Below, piece by piece: positions 1 to 12,637 of a DNA stretch of 64,000 nt. The first letter of the stretch is position 1; each line of letters starts with the position of its first letter. Source of the DNA: Lama glama (lineage: Eukaryota); NCBI GenBank assembly GCA_028534125.1, contig CM052817.1, positions 27,096,001-27,160,000 on the forward strand, in the 5' to 3' direction. The position numbers were made by a program, and so were the translations under genes. Under the pieces are notes generated by a model, which was not told where the DNA came from, did no database searches, and was given only the letters and a program-made list of their open reading frames with translations.

Positions 1-2500
1 TCAAAAAAGCAACTTTTGTTTGTTGATCATTTCTACTGCATTTTATTATATCATCTATTTCTGCTCATTTTTATCTACTTTCTTCTACTTGCTTTGGGTT
101 TATTTTGCTTTTATTCTTTTTCTAACTTCTTAAATTGGATGCTTAGCTCAATTTCCACATGTCTTCTTTTCTAATATAAGCATTTATGAGTTTCCCTGAA
201 ATACTACTTTCATTGCATCTCATAAATTTTGATATTTATACTTTTATTATTGCTTAGTTCTAAATATTTCCAAATATCAATTATGACTTTGACCCATGAT
301 TTACTAAAGAGTGTGCATTTTAATTTCCAAAGTTAATTTTAAAAGTCTCATTTGTCATTTTATTATTGGTGTCTTGAATTGCATTGCAGTTAGAAAACAT
401 GGTCTGCATAATACTGATTCTGCAAAATTTGTTGAGTCATGCTTTATTACTAGGCACTTAATCAGTTTGAGAATGCTCCGTGAATTCTTGAGAAGAATGC
501 ACATTTTAAAATTGCTGGGTACAGAGTTTTACATATGTCCGTTAGATTAAGACTGTTTATCGTGGTATTCAATTTTGTTTTTTAACCTTTTGTATGTCAG
601 GATCTCTGCCAGCTGAGCTGTGGAGGAGAGAGAGAGAGGGAGCGCGAGCTGCCAGGTGTCAGAGTAGCTAATTAAAACAGCAAACCAAAAATGAAAGAGC
701 TGAGCCTTTAATCTCGTAACGCTTTGGTACAAACAAGTGGCTAAACTGGAGAAAGTGTAGACCCCTCCCGGTCTGCTTTCCCCCAGGGAACTGTGTGCTG
801 GTACAGATCAGGAGGATCAGTGCACAAGTGGGGATCGTCTCTCTGATGAGGGGGCCCTTGAACAAAAGACTCCAGGAGTTTTATGGACCTTGGGGTTGGA
901 GTGAGGGCAGGGGGGAAGGGTGAGGTGTGAAAAAGTACTGAGTAAGCCTGGGCAAAGGTTCCTTGGAGGGTTCCCCTCTGCTCCCAGTAAGTTAGAGGCC
1001 TCAGCCAGGCACTTGAAGGCTCAGATAAAAAGACCTAGAAATAAAGGCCCTGGAAGTAGGAATGCAAGTAAACAAAAGAGCATGACTCATGTCCTGAGTC
1101 TTTGAGTGCAGTTCCCCTCAAAGGCTGCGGTGCACTGGCTGCACCCCAAATCTGGTATGGATGGGCATCTATCCCCAGGAGGCCTGCCAGATAAAGCCTT
1201 CATAACTGCCTATGGTCAGGTCTGAAAAACCACACACAGGTTTTAACTGGGTACCACACTCCTCACTATATTGTCAGTTTGACTTATAAATAATTGAGAA
1301 AGGTGGGTTCATGGTAATGGTGGATTTAACTGTTTTATTCTGCAGTCCTATCAAGTTTTGTTTGACACATTTGAGCCTACGTTGTTCGGAGCATGCAATT
1401 TTAGAATTGTATCTTCCTGGTGAATGATGCCCTTTATCTCTAATTATGCTTTTGCTTCACAATTATGCTGATAGTAATGTAGTTATAATAGGTTTCTTTG
1501 GTTAATATTTTTACTGGAAAGCTTTTTCCTTCCCCTTTAATTTTGACCTTGCCATATCCTTATGCTTTAGGCATATTTCTTAAAAAATAGCACATATCTA
1601 GGTTTTGAAAATCTAATTTGATAAAACATCTAAGTATAGTCCATTTACATTTAATATGATTTTAAAATTTGAAATTTTTTCTGCTTTTTTCTATCTTACC
1701 TTGTTATTCCCATATGTCCTGGATTTTCTGTGTTTTTCTCCCCTCTCTTATCTTGCCCTTTTGGGGATTTGTATTTTTTTTTCTTTTCCTATTTATCTCT
1801 AATTGTTTGGATTTATATGCTTTTATTATTTATTAATTTTCCTTGAGATGGTACCGTGACTACATAACTTACCAAAGCCTAAAGTAAAATAATTTCTTAA
1901 CCTCTGTCAGAACAGTAAAAGATCTTTGAATACCTCCACTCTCCTCACACTTCCTCACACATACATATGATGCAGAATAGTATTTAGCACTATCCTTTTT
2001 ACTAATACCATAAGCTAGATATTATTCTCATACAGAAATACTATTTATTTGGATTGACATACATGCTTCCACTGAATATTATTTTAATCCCTTTTCTCAG
2101 ACCATCTACTGGATCATTTTCCTTCTCTAATTACATCCTTTAGAATTTCCTTTTTACAGATCTCTGAGTAGTAAACTCAGCTAATGTTTATATGTAATTT
2201 TTTTCACCTTTGTTTTTGAAAGATAGTTTTGCTGAATACGAAGTTCAAGGATGACAGTTATTTCTTTCAGCACTTTGGAGGTGCCATTCCACTGTCTCCC
2301 GGCTTCCTCAGCTGCTGGTGAGGGGACTGGTACCATCTTCACTTATGCTTCTTTGTGGCTGATTCTAAAATCTTTCTTTGTTCTCAGTGTTCCGCAGTTT
2401 CGCTATTTATATCTAAGCATGAATTTCTTTCTTTATTTTTCTTTTTAGGAATACAATGTGTTTCTTTAATTTGTCCAGTTTGAGATACAACATGGATTTC
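1..2500 (-). mobile_element. Old, highly diverged L1M-type LINE fragments, interrupted at ~595-1258
   Basis: T-rich + strand with typical antisense-L1 phrases (tttcattgcatctcataaattttgatat; agatagttttgctgaatac; tttctttcagcactttg); no intact ORF. Confidence 0.6.
595..1258 (-). mobile_element. Probable solo ERV-type LTR inserted in the old L1
   Basis: Abrupt GC-richer block inside AT-rich L1; tgt...aca ends; reverse TATA-like (ggagttttatgg ~875-886); TSD not clearly resolved. Confidence 0.45.
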
Positions 2501-3006
2501 TTTTTATTTTTCCTTCTTGAGATACAATGTGCTTCCCACTCTCCTTAATGATCTGAGTCCTCTTACTGAGATAGGCACGAGGCTCAGTCCTGGCCAGTAT
2601 TCACAAGGGCCATTTTCAAGGAATAGGGGCTGCTGGTGAAAGTTTGGGAGCTGATAAAAAAAACCAAACAGGGTATCTGCTTCTGGCATTATGGCTGACC
2701 CAGTGCTTTAAGGGGCTCTTGCACTGAAGGTCTAAATACACTGCATAGGACATGCTGTTTGAAATACTGCTGGTCTCACAAGAGGCAAAGGACATCCTCC
2801 CTCCCTCCTGCTTCCCCCGAAGTACCCTCCCCACCAAAAAGAAAATGATTTGAGCTGAGGTCTTAGAAGGCAGTATAGAGCTGAGGCTGGAACAGTGGAC
2901 AGCCGGGTTAGAAAGAAGAGGAGAGTAAATTTTTGTAGCAACAGAGTTGGCTACAAAAATGGCCAAGCACCAGAAGGAATATGTGGAGAAATGAAACTGT
3001 AAACTT

Positions 3007-3137
3007 TTTAAAAAATTTATTTATTTTAGGGGGAGGCAATTAGGTTTACTTTTTTTAAAGGAGGTACTGGGGATTGAACCCAGGATCTTGTGTGTGCTAA
3101 GCATGCGCTCTACCATTTGAGCTATACCCTCCACACC
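3007..3137 (-). mobile_element. Camelid tRNA-derived SINE (Vic-1-like)
   Basis: The reverse complement reads GGAGGGTATAGCTCAAATGGTAGAGCGCATGCTTAGC..CCTGGGTTCAATCCCCAGTACCTCC (Pol III A and B boxes) plus an A-rich tail; TSD aaactgtaaa at 2994-3003 and 3138-3147. Confidence 0.9.
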
Positions 3138-5609
3138 AAACTGTAAATTTCTTAGGGTAGTGGATTTATGTATGGGTTGAGGTTTTTTGGGCTTTTTTTA
3201 AATTGTTTTATGTTCTTAGGCCACTGAAGCTAAATGTCCAGGTAAAACCAAGACACTAGACATCTATAAATTGATTTATTCACTCAAAGGATTCTGAAAA
3301 AATGCTTGGTTAGGCCTTATAACTCAGCAGTGTTCTCAGGAAGACATTTCTTCCTGGTATATTTATAGATTTAATTTTTTTCTGCTTATCATATTCTTCA
3401 TAATCTCCTGGTAAAAGGATACATGTAACAAACTCTGAAGCATCCTTCACAAACTAATTTTAACTGATAAACCTTGTTTATTATATCTTAGTCACATCAC
3501 ACAGGCCTAGTGACTAAAATTAAGGAATTAGAAATTAAAGTAGACTTAACCCAAACTTTTATATGATTTGATCTATATATCTTTTATTTTCTGCTGCTCA
3601 AGGTCCTTCCCTACTAGACTAGAATTGGGAGAAATCTTAGTGTCCATGTAATACTCATTTTATTGTTGAGGAAACTGAGATGCAAAGAAGTTAATTAACC
3701 TGCGTGTGTTCACACTTTGGGTGGCTGATCTAGGCCCACCAAAGCCCTCTCACTTCCACAACAGTAGTGAGTGAGTGATAACAGGGAGGATCTCACTTTC
3801 CCTGGTCCTGAGCATGCCTCTCATTAACTCCCACCAGTTGTGTCATATTTCTCCCATGTCCTCCAGCCCTTTCTCTATACCTTAGCAACATAAGGCATTT
3901 ATCTTTCACTGTGGACAGTGAATGCTGCTAGCTGTCCTGAACACAAGTTGACAGAGAAAAGCTTGATCAAAAAGAATCAGTATTCCCTTGTGTCTAAGAT
4001 GTACATGCTTTTCATGTTTAAATATTTTGAAAAGAGAGATGTCTTACAACTGATAAATATATTTGATGCTCTGGATTCCCCGCCTCCCCACCCCCCAAAA
4101 AAAGAAATGGCTCTTAAATGGATGATTTATCTTGAAACTGATGACATTTAAAAGCCCAGGAAGCATGGTCTATGCTTTATATCTGTCATCTGTCAACCTC
4201 ACCCTCAATCCAGGTAAGCCTAGTATAGTGCCTGGCATATAGTAGGTACTCAAAAAAAATTTTTGTTGAATGAATATATGACTGTATGAATATATAATTA
4301 TATGTATAAATAATTCAATGAGGACATGTATTCTCCTCCTTCACATTTATCTTTCTTCCTTCAGATATACTTGTGAATACCAGTTAATGAACTGCTTTTA
4401 GGAAATAGGAGGAAATTGACTTTACCATGGGAACTAAGTGTGGTAAATTCTTTGCATTGTATATAATTATTATTGTGTTATTTTTAAGTTTAAAATATCT
4501 GGATCTCAGAACCTTACTTCTGGGACAATATTTTTGGTAGAAGAATTGCCAAGTAAGTTAAAAAATGTTGAGTAAGTACTCTGTCAATAATGTATGTGCT
4601 AATTACGAATTCAAATTCAACTCGTGGACCTCAAAGTGAGCCATGCTTTTCAGAGTGGGGTGATCTGCTCTGGCCCTGGACATTGTGGAAGTCATTTAAG
4701 TTCTTTCTTCTCAGTGGCTGATCTTAATATTTATTTCCAGTGATAATGACTAAGGCTGTGAGGCTGGACCTTAGATAGAAGTAGGCAGGAGAGTTGAACA
4801 TGGATGAGTTTTTAAATCAAATAAAGTTGGGATGAAACCTGGACTCAGACACTGAGTATCTGTGTGAGCTTTAGCAATTTAAACAGTCTCTCTGAGGCCT
4901 CAATTATCTGCAAAATCAAGGTAGAAATAGGGGGATCAGAGGATCAGTATGAGGTTTCAGTGGGGATGGCAAATACAAAGTCCTTTGAATAACAAGAAGA
5001 GTTAGTGCTCTTTCCTGCCTCATCTCCCTCCCTGGGTAACTTTTTTGACTTCAGGCAGAAATACCCACTTCTCAAAATATTTGAGGAGCATTACATCAGT
5101 GCTCGAGTATCTTGCCTTCATAAATATACTGTATACTCTACCCCTTCAATTAGTAAGAGTCTTTTGTCATTAAAGTTTTCCTATCTTTGAGCTCTGTGAA
5201 TGACTCCTATGACTTTGGCAGACCAATAATACACTTTGCTTAGTATACCTTAGATTTGCCCAAAGATTTAACATCTGTGAAATCACAAATTTGTTGTTCT
5301 AATTACATACACATACAAGAACATACAGCTTTTATGATGTGCATTAAAACAAATAATTATTACAAGTTTGTGATTCATCTAAAATCATCTCACATACTAC
5401 TACTGGTATGCCTGCAGTATACCAGCACAGGAATCCCAGCCCACCCAAGTAGCACGGGATTTAATACAGGGAATTAGATGCTTTCAAAACCACTGGCAGT
5501 GCTGGAGGACTAACCCTGGGGCTGAGCCTTCAGGATCACCTTCCATAACACTATAGAACTGATCTACCAAGGATATTTGAATATCTATCTCATTAGTCAT
5601 CAGAATCAG

Positions 5610-5825
5610 AAGATACTAACTACTATATATAAAACAGATAAACAAAAAGTTTCTACTGTATAGCACAGGGAACTATATGCAACACCTTGTAATGACCTAT
5701 AATGAAAAAGAATATGAAAATGAATATACATATATATGTATAAATGAATCACTATGCTGTACACCAGAAACGAACACATTGTAAACTGACTATACTTCAA
5801 TAAAAAAGGAATGCAAAAAAAAAAA
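5610..5825 (+). mobile_element. 5'-truncated L1 3' end (cetartiodactyl type)
   Basis: ctactgtatagcacagggaactat...gaatcactatgctgtacaccagaa...aataaa followed by an A tail. Confidence 0.85.
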
Positions 5826-6799
5826 TCAGCAGAAGGTTGGCTTTTAAAGGGTCCATCTCAAATATTTATTATTGCTAGAAAAATAACACATGATATAAAA
5901 ATCCTACTCCTGGTGAATCAGAAATGGCTTCTTTATTTATGAAGGACAACTTACTCACTCATTGATTTTCTTTTTCCTCCTATAACAGGTCTACGTCATG
6001 TTTACCTTGCATGTTTAATTGATTTTTAAAAATGTTTTTCTTGTGATTTTTGTGTATTCATTTTTAATGATTATAAACAAAATGCTGTGACCTGTTTTTC
6101 ACTTGATATTTTTCCATATTATTACATACTTTTGCAACCACAGAATCAAGAAAAAAGTGACTACAAAGACCAACAGTACTATGATAATTGATGTGCAGAG
6201 CTTCACACATATCTCTATCATAATTTTTAACAGCTTTGTTAAGATACACTCACCCATTTTAAGTTTTTTGGTGTATTCATAGAAGTGTACAACCATCACC
6301 AAAATCTCTATTAAATTTCATCATTTTACTTTTAACTCATTTTCCTGAATCTCATAATTCTGCCATTTAAATTGCTTATTCTTGCTTGCATGCGTGCACT
6401 CTGTCTCTCTGCTCCAATAAAACTGCACGAGACAGGGTTAAAACTGCTGCCAGGTGGCTGCAGGTTGAGATTACTCCATTCAGCAGTACTTTTTTGTTTA
6501 AAGGTAGAATAACGTAAATAAGTTATAAGACCACCTTAACTGTAATATCAATTGACACCAACTCAGGCAGCATGAAGAAAGAATAAAACAAGAAGTGTTC
6601 TGCCTGTCCATCTAGCTGGTAACCCCAAAAGAAAAGGAGATAAGTTTTGGCAGACATAACTTGCTCTAAATGCAACCATTTTATTTTTCCTAAGAGTTCA
6701 GTCCTAGAATTTGGCAATGACTGATATCAAATCTCCTGGCCTACAGTTTCAGCAATACATTCTCCACTCCCCAACTTAAAAAAAAAAAGATCAAGATAC

Positions 6800-7200
6800 A
6801 GTTTGTGCATGTCTAGTCTCTGGCATCTTCTTGTAAGCAGTGAGCTGTTTTATTTATTGCTCTGATGCTTCCTGGCACAGTAGGCCTTCAATATACGTAT
6901 TTGTTGAGTGAATAAATGACTAACTTTAACAAAGATTTCTCAAAGTGTCATCACTACTTCTCTTACTATTTACTTTTGTAATAACTGTCACCTGCTAACT
7001 TCTACAGGTCCAACAGGCCTTATCTTAAATGGCACTTCCTTCGGAAAGCCCTCCTGATTCCCTACGTAGACTAGCTCCTGAGCTCTACTCCCTCTCACAC
7101 CACTCACTACTGATAAGAGCTCCATGAGGGAAGTTACTTTGCTCACCTTTGTAACCCCATCACATAGTAGGTGCTTAATCAGCATTTGTTGAAAAAATGA
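6800..7200 (+). mobile_element. L2 3' fragments
   Basis: cctggcacagtagg..caata..ttgttgagtgaataaatga and tagtaggtgcttaat..tttgttgaa, typical L2 3' termini. Confidence 0.6.
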
Positions 7201-7454
7201 AGTAAACTGGGCTTAATTTGTCTCTGTCTAAAGGCAAGAACTCATTCCATGTAGCCAAGTATTCTTATACTACTATTGACCCATCATGACTTTCAAGTGT
7301 TCTTTTTTTAAAAGAAACAACTTTACTGAGGCATAATTTACGTACCATAAAATTCACCCATTAAGTTCTTCTTACCTATGTCTTTCCTCTCTCATTTTCC
7401 ATGTAAAGGTCATTTTTCTGATGGTAAAATGGGAAGCAAATTGAAGAATGTAGT

Positions 7455-7800
7455 GGAATTTTGGATAGAGAATGGGCTCTTTGAGGCCAATTTAGCTGGC
7501 TTTACTTCTCAGTTTTACTTTTTGTTTGTTGAGGGGGAGGTAATTAGGTTTATTTGTTTATTATTTATTTTTATTTAACTGGCGGTACTGGGGATTGAAC
7601 CCATGACACTTCATGCATACTAAGCATGCCCTCTACCATTGACCTATACCCTCCACCTCAGTTTTACTTTTCAATTGTGATCTTAAAGCAAATTAACCTC
7701 TTTAAGCCATGAATTCGGAGCTGTAAATCTGAAGAATTTCTTCATTGGATCCTCTAAGGGTTAAATGAGACGACATGCAGAAAAATCTGATCCACCGTAG
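7455..7800 (+). mobile_element. MIR remnant split by a younger SINE
   Basis: MIR-like phrases on both sides of the SINE (gaatgggctctttgag; tgtgatctt..gcaaattaacctct; ctgtaaa; agggttaaatgaga). Confidence 0.55.
7523..7656 (-). mobile_element. Camelid tRNA-derived SINE (Vic-1-like)
   Basis: Same family as 3007-3137 (ggggaggtaattaggtttattt..gtactggggattgaaccc..ctataccctcc); 15-bp TSD ctcagttttactttt at 7508-7522 and 7657-7671. Confidence 0.9.
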
Positions 7801-8900
7801 AGGTAACAACTCAAAACAAGCAGAACCCCTCCCTTCCCTCGGTCGTCTGTTAACCTTGGATCCCCTAAATGGTAGGTCAGTTCTTTCACATCATCGTTGT
7901 TTTGTTTGGAGTATATGTGAAAAAATACTCAACCTTCTGGCTTCCTTAGTATCCAGCAAGCTCCACTTCGCTCTAAGGTTTAGCTTTCCTGCACTATTCT
8001 TACAGATTTTGCTCCACTTTTTAGTCATTCTTAGGCATACGCTATTTGTCTTCACCTTTTGAATATGCTGGTAGAAAAACTCCAAACCCCACCTGAGATC
8101 GTCAGAGAACAGCGGCTTCTCTGGTTGCCATTTCCTTTCTTCTTCACTGAGAGCGTTCTCATGCGAACTTAAAATTTTGTTTTTCAAAGCTTTCCATTCT
8201 TTTAAAAAAATGCTTTTCCTTTTACAGCCTCTTGTCTTGAAATTTTACCTGTCTTTTCCCGGGATCTGTTTCCTAAAGTCTCTGACAGCCTGCCTTCTCT
8301 GTGTGTTGTATTACAGTCACATCCCCCAGGTCTCCACCGTTTCCCCAAGACCAACCAGTTCTTCCCTGGGAGTCACATTACATCAGCATTACTAATACAG
8401 TATCTGCTGTATTTCAGACTATGTTTTATTCTAGGCAGTCAATTAAAAACGAACCTCTGCGCTGGTTTGATTTAACATGGAGGATGAATTGTCTAAGGTC
8501 AAATGCAAACTGCTGCTGGGCTGGGGAGACATATATTTATATTCGTATTAAATATATACCTGTTGAATTTGGGATTTTTCTCCATGCTTCAGAGACCCCC
8601 TAAGCTTTCGGGTAATTAGGACGGTCCAAAGCGTGGGTTTCCAGAAACTTCGCAAAAAATTAGACTCCATCAAAAGGACTGCTCCACACATTCAGGGAAC
8701 ACCCACCAACAAAACCCATCTCCACAACCACCAGATTATCTCACCAGCAAGTGAGACTGCAAGGTTTGGGGGCTTGGCTGTACCACTCTGCGCGGCGCAT
8801 GGGGGGGTTCGTGCCCATTTGGCTGCGACTGACCGTTTCCCCTCGCTTGGTTTTGCCCCTGCTCCCCCCGCGCAGGCACCCACAGTGCGTCAGGCCGGCG

Positions 8901-8908
8901 CTTTATAG
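8901..8908 (+). promoter_or_regulatory. UCHL1: TATA-like box (CTTTATAG) of UCHL1
   Basis: About 75 nt upstream of the ATG within GC-rich sequence; matches my recollection of the human proximal promoter (GCGCTTTATAG). Confidence 0.65.
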
Positions 8909-8980
8909 CGGCAGACTGGGCGGCTCCGCTCGCTGTTTTTCCTCTTCTCTGGGTCGTGGTTCCTTTCAAGGTTCGCGAAG

Positions 8981-9013
8981 ATGCAGCTTAAACCGATGGA
9001 GATTAACCCCGAG
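8981..9013 (+). CDS. UCHL1: UCHL1 coding exon 1 (MQLKPMEINPE)
   Basis: gcgaagATG; 33 nt matching the UCH-L1 N-terminus; donor GAG|gtgagc. Confidence 0.98.
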
Positions 9014-9129
9014 GTGAGCGTCAGGTGCATCGTTATCCGGGGAGCGTGGGGCCGAGGGTCAGCTTCCCTCAGGTAGCTGTATCGCGGAGTGGTTTTATTT
9101 TTGTATTTTTCTTTGCATTTGCCTTTCAG

Positions 9130-9141
9130 ATGCTGAACAAA
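9130..9141 (+). CDS. UCHL1: UCHL1 exon 2, 12-nt microexon (MLNK)
   Basis: Acceptor tttgcctttcag|ATGCTGAACAAA|gtgagt donor; fills residues 12-15. Confidence 0.96.
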
Positions 9142-9594
9142 GTGAGTGACGTCTCACGCTGCCTCCATCCCCCTCCCCCGGGAGAGCCGAGGAAAAGGCG
9201 CCCACCCGCTCCCGCTGTTTCGCAAGGACAGAGCGGCGCCCTGCGTGGTCGAGAGGCGGTGGGGCTGGGGCGCGGCCGGGGCGCCCCCCCTTTGCCTCTG
9301 CATCGGAGGCGGCGGTGACTGCGAAACCAGTTGGGGATGGGATGGAGGAGGCTGCGCCCAGATGCGAGCCCGGGGCCGAGCTCCCGAGGGCGTGGCGCGC
9401 GCCCCGCGGACTCGAGTGCCCGGGCGTCGCAGGAGCCACGTGTGGGCTGCGCTTTGTGCTGTGTCATTGCGCCGGCTCGGGTGGGGGGCGGGGGCTCCTC
9501 CCAGGCCCGGGTCGGGGCGCGAGGATCCGAGCCCGCCCTGCCTCTCTGCCACTTGCGGGTCTCCGCGCCTGGCCGCCTTGTTTCCTCTCCGCAG

Positions 9595-9723
9595 GTGCTG
9601 ACCCGGCTGGGGGTTACCGGCCAGTGGCGCTTCGCGGACGTGCTGGGACTGGAGGAGGAGACTCTGGGCTCGGTGCCAGCGCCTGCCTGCGCCCTGCTGC
9701 TGCTCTTTCCCCTCACCGCCCAG
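9595..9723 (+). CDS. UCHL1: UCHL1 exon 3 ([43 protein letters not shown])
   Basis: tttcctctccgcag acceptor, 129 nt, CAG|gtaggg donor. Confidence 0.98.
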
Positions 9724-12151
9724 GTAGGGCGTGGGGCCTGGGGTGCACAGGCCCTGGACTGTGCGCGCTCCCCCAAACCCGAGTGAGGCTGTGAGGACAG
9801 TGTAGGCTCTACTCCCATCCTGGCCTGGGCGCCCAGACCTGGTAAAATTCCCCTGTCCTTGTGGGGGATAGAGGGAGAAACTCGCACTTTCAGGGTATCA
9901 ACTCACTGGGGGTCCTGTGGTAATAAGAGTTTATTGCCTCCTCGCTCATCCATCGGGGTTAAGCATTGCCTTAAATTTGGAGGAGAAGCAGCATCTCCGT
10001 TCTATCATGCCAGTTATCACGAAGACAGTTCATCCTGTTTATGAGTGCAGTTTTCTGAGCCTTCCACTCCAAGGGATGGCTGGTTGTTTTCCTCTAAGGG
10101 CTATGACCCGTCATTTTATTGTTTGGTTCTCAAACTCCCACCTTGCTGTAAAAAAAAAAAGGGTGTGGGGGGAAATGGGCTTGCCTAAACCACAAGAAAG
10201 CAATAGGTTCTTAGAGAATAAAAATTCTTTACCTCCACTGCCTGGGTCTTTAGTGGACTCAAGGGTTTCTTCCCACCCCTCCACTCCCCGCAATATGCAG
10301 ACTTGGTTTTTAGCCTCTCCAATGTGCTTTTCTAAAAAGCTTAATCATTTGTGTATGGTTCCTGTGTGGGAATCCCTTATCTCTCTTGACCTCTTTCCTC
10401 TCTGACCTTGTACAAGTGAAATAGGTGGATATTTAGTCCAGTCTTGGAAATACCTTTTCATTTCCCTTTAGGTGGTCTTCCTCCTATAAATAAATGTGCA
10501 TGGATATATGTACCTCAAACACTGAGCTTCGAATATAAAAAGGTAGCTGGGATAATCCATCTCTTGGATGCATGGAGTCCCACTAATTATCATGGCATTG
10601 CCTACTCCAGTTGCTGTCACTTGAGCCCTGATTTAGGAGTAGTTGAAATTTGCTTTAGCCAAACTTGGGGCATTAGCATATGAGGCATCGTTCCAAATGC
10701 AGAGTGAGCTTAACTGAAGCACCATCCTAAGGCTGGGTGTTCTAGAAGCATCCTCAGTAGTTAAGCCCTGTGGGAAGTTCCAGGTGCACCTCCTAGAAAA
10801 TGGGCTAAGTATTGTGGGTTAAAACACATTAAAGCTATTAGGATAATCCCACCGACCTTTTTTATTGCAAAGCCTTTACTTTAGGTGAAAATGGAGCTGC
10901 TAAATAATTGCTAGTCAAATTAGCTTCCCTGTTGGTCAAATCAAACGCAATTTTCTCTCTCTCATGTGAGCCTCTCACAGAGCTTTCTTGTTAGAGGAAC
11001 CATGATGACTCGGAGGTTTTTGAGCAGAGCACTCAAAGGCAAGGCCTCTGGGAGGCAGTGGTGCACCGTGTTTATCTTGCAAAACCCCACTAGTCTTGTG
11101 CTGGATCAAGCTGCTCTTGCTTAGAGAACATTCTAACTTGAATGTTTTGTGTTTGAAAGCACTCGATACTTTGTCCTTTAGCTCCAGTTCAGTCCCTTAG
11201 ATTTATTGAACACCTGTTCTGAGACACAAGCTAAATACTGAAGCAAATTCAAAGAATGGTTGAGGTTTATAGGTTGACTTCCAAACGAGCTTATGTTAGC
11301 ATAGAAGGCATCTAATTTTGTCTAAGAGAATATTATGAAATCCTAAATGAACTACTTCTAAAACATTTTAAGCAGTCATGAAATATGCAGAGAAGTGTCT
11401 CCAGGCAAGAGCTCAAATAGCTCTAAAGGATGATGCTATCCCATTATAAAAAGTTAAACCTTAGAAAAGAGAAAACCTTTGTTGATGAGTAACTCAATTC
11501 AGGGGTCCAGTGGGTGGGTATATGATGCTGAAACTTTACCTCCTGGTTAGAGTTTAAGTTGATCTTGTGGAACAAGAGAGCTTATTCCTCGAGTGGTACC
11601 ACAGACACAGGCTTAAACTTCAGTTCCACATACAGTGATGAAAGGTTCTCGAATTGGAGATGTATGTACTTCAGGGGTTCTGTCTGATTTATACTGATTA
11701 TAAGAAATTGGTGTTTCTATAGCATCAGCACCCTGCCTTTAACTGAGAAGTCATGCCTCTAAGGTTTTTAAAACTGTTAGTGAAAGGGCCACACAAGTCC
11801 ACTAAATTACAGAGAGCTAATGATGCTTTGAGCAAAACTACCTCTGTTCTCGAACTGTATATTTGGCAGAAACAAACAAGTCACATCTTCCTCTTGTAGG
11901 ATGAGGAGTTTTTGTGAAGTCACAGCCCAGCACCCTGGACCAGTTGTCTTTCCTTTCTAAAGACGGATGAGGGAATAGTTAATTTCTTTAAATTGCTCCT
12001 TTCTGTAGTTAAGTCTTGTTTTGTTTTTGAAGACACGGATACTTGGACAGGATAGAAGAACAGCGAGCTGTAAACTAGCTGATGTTCTTGTGTGTTCAGT
12101 TGACCAACGCTTGATTGGAATGTCTGTGAAAAATAGCCATTGTTAGTGTGA

Positions 12152-12637
<486 letters not shown>

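Larger units (their letters stand above)
8780..9790. promoter_or_regulatory. UCHL1: CpG island covering the UCHL1 promoter and exons 1-3
   Basis: Sharp rise in GC and CpG density against CpG-depleted flanks; contains the ATG. Confidence 0.9.

Noticed and set aside
3007..3137. tRNA gene
   Set aside because: tRNA-like head is followed by a SINE body, A-rich tail and TSD; three copies occur in the window
9014..9060. Possible REST/RE1 site in the promoter or intron 1
   Set aside because: Only weak partial similarity; no convincing match to TTCAGCACCnnGGACAG
9025..9887. Many long overlapping ORFs (up to 253 aa) on both strands
   Set aside because: Expected stop-codon depletion in a CpG island; low-complexity R/G/P/A translations; only the UCHL1 exon portions are supported
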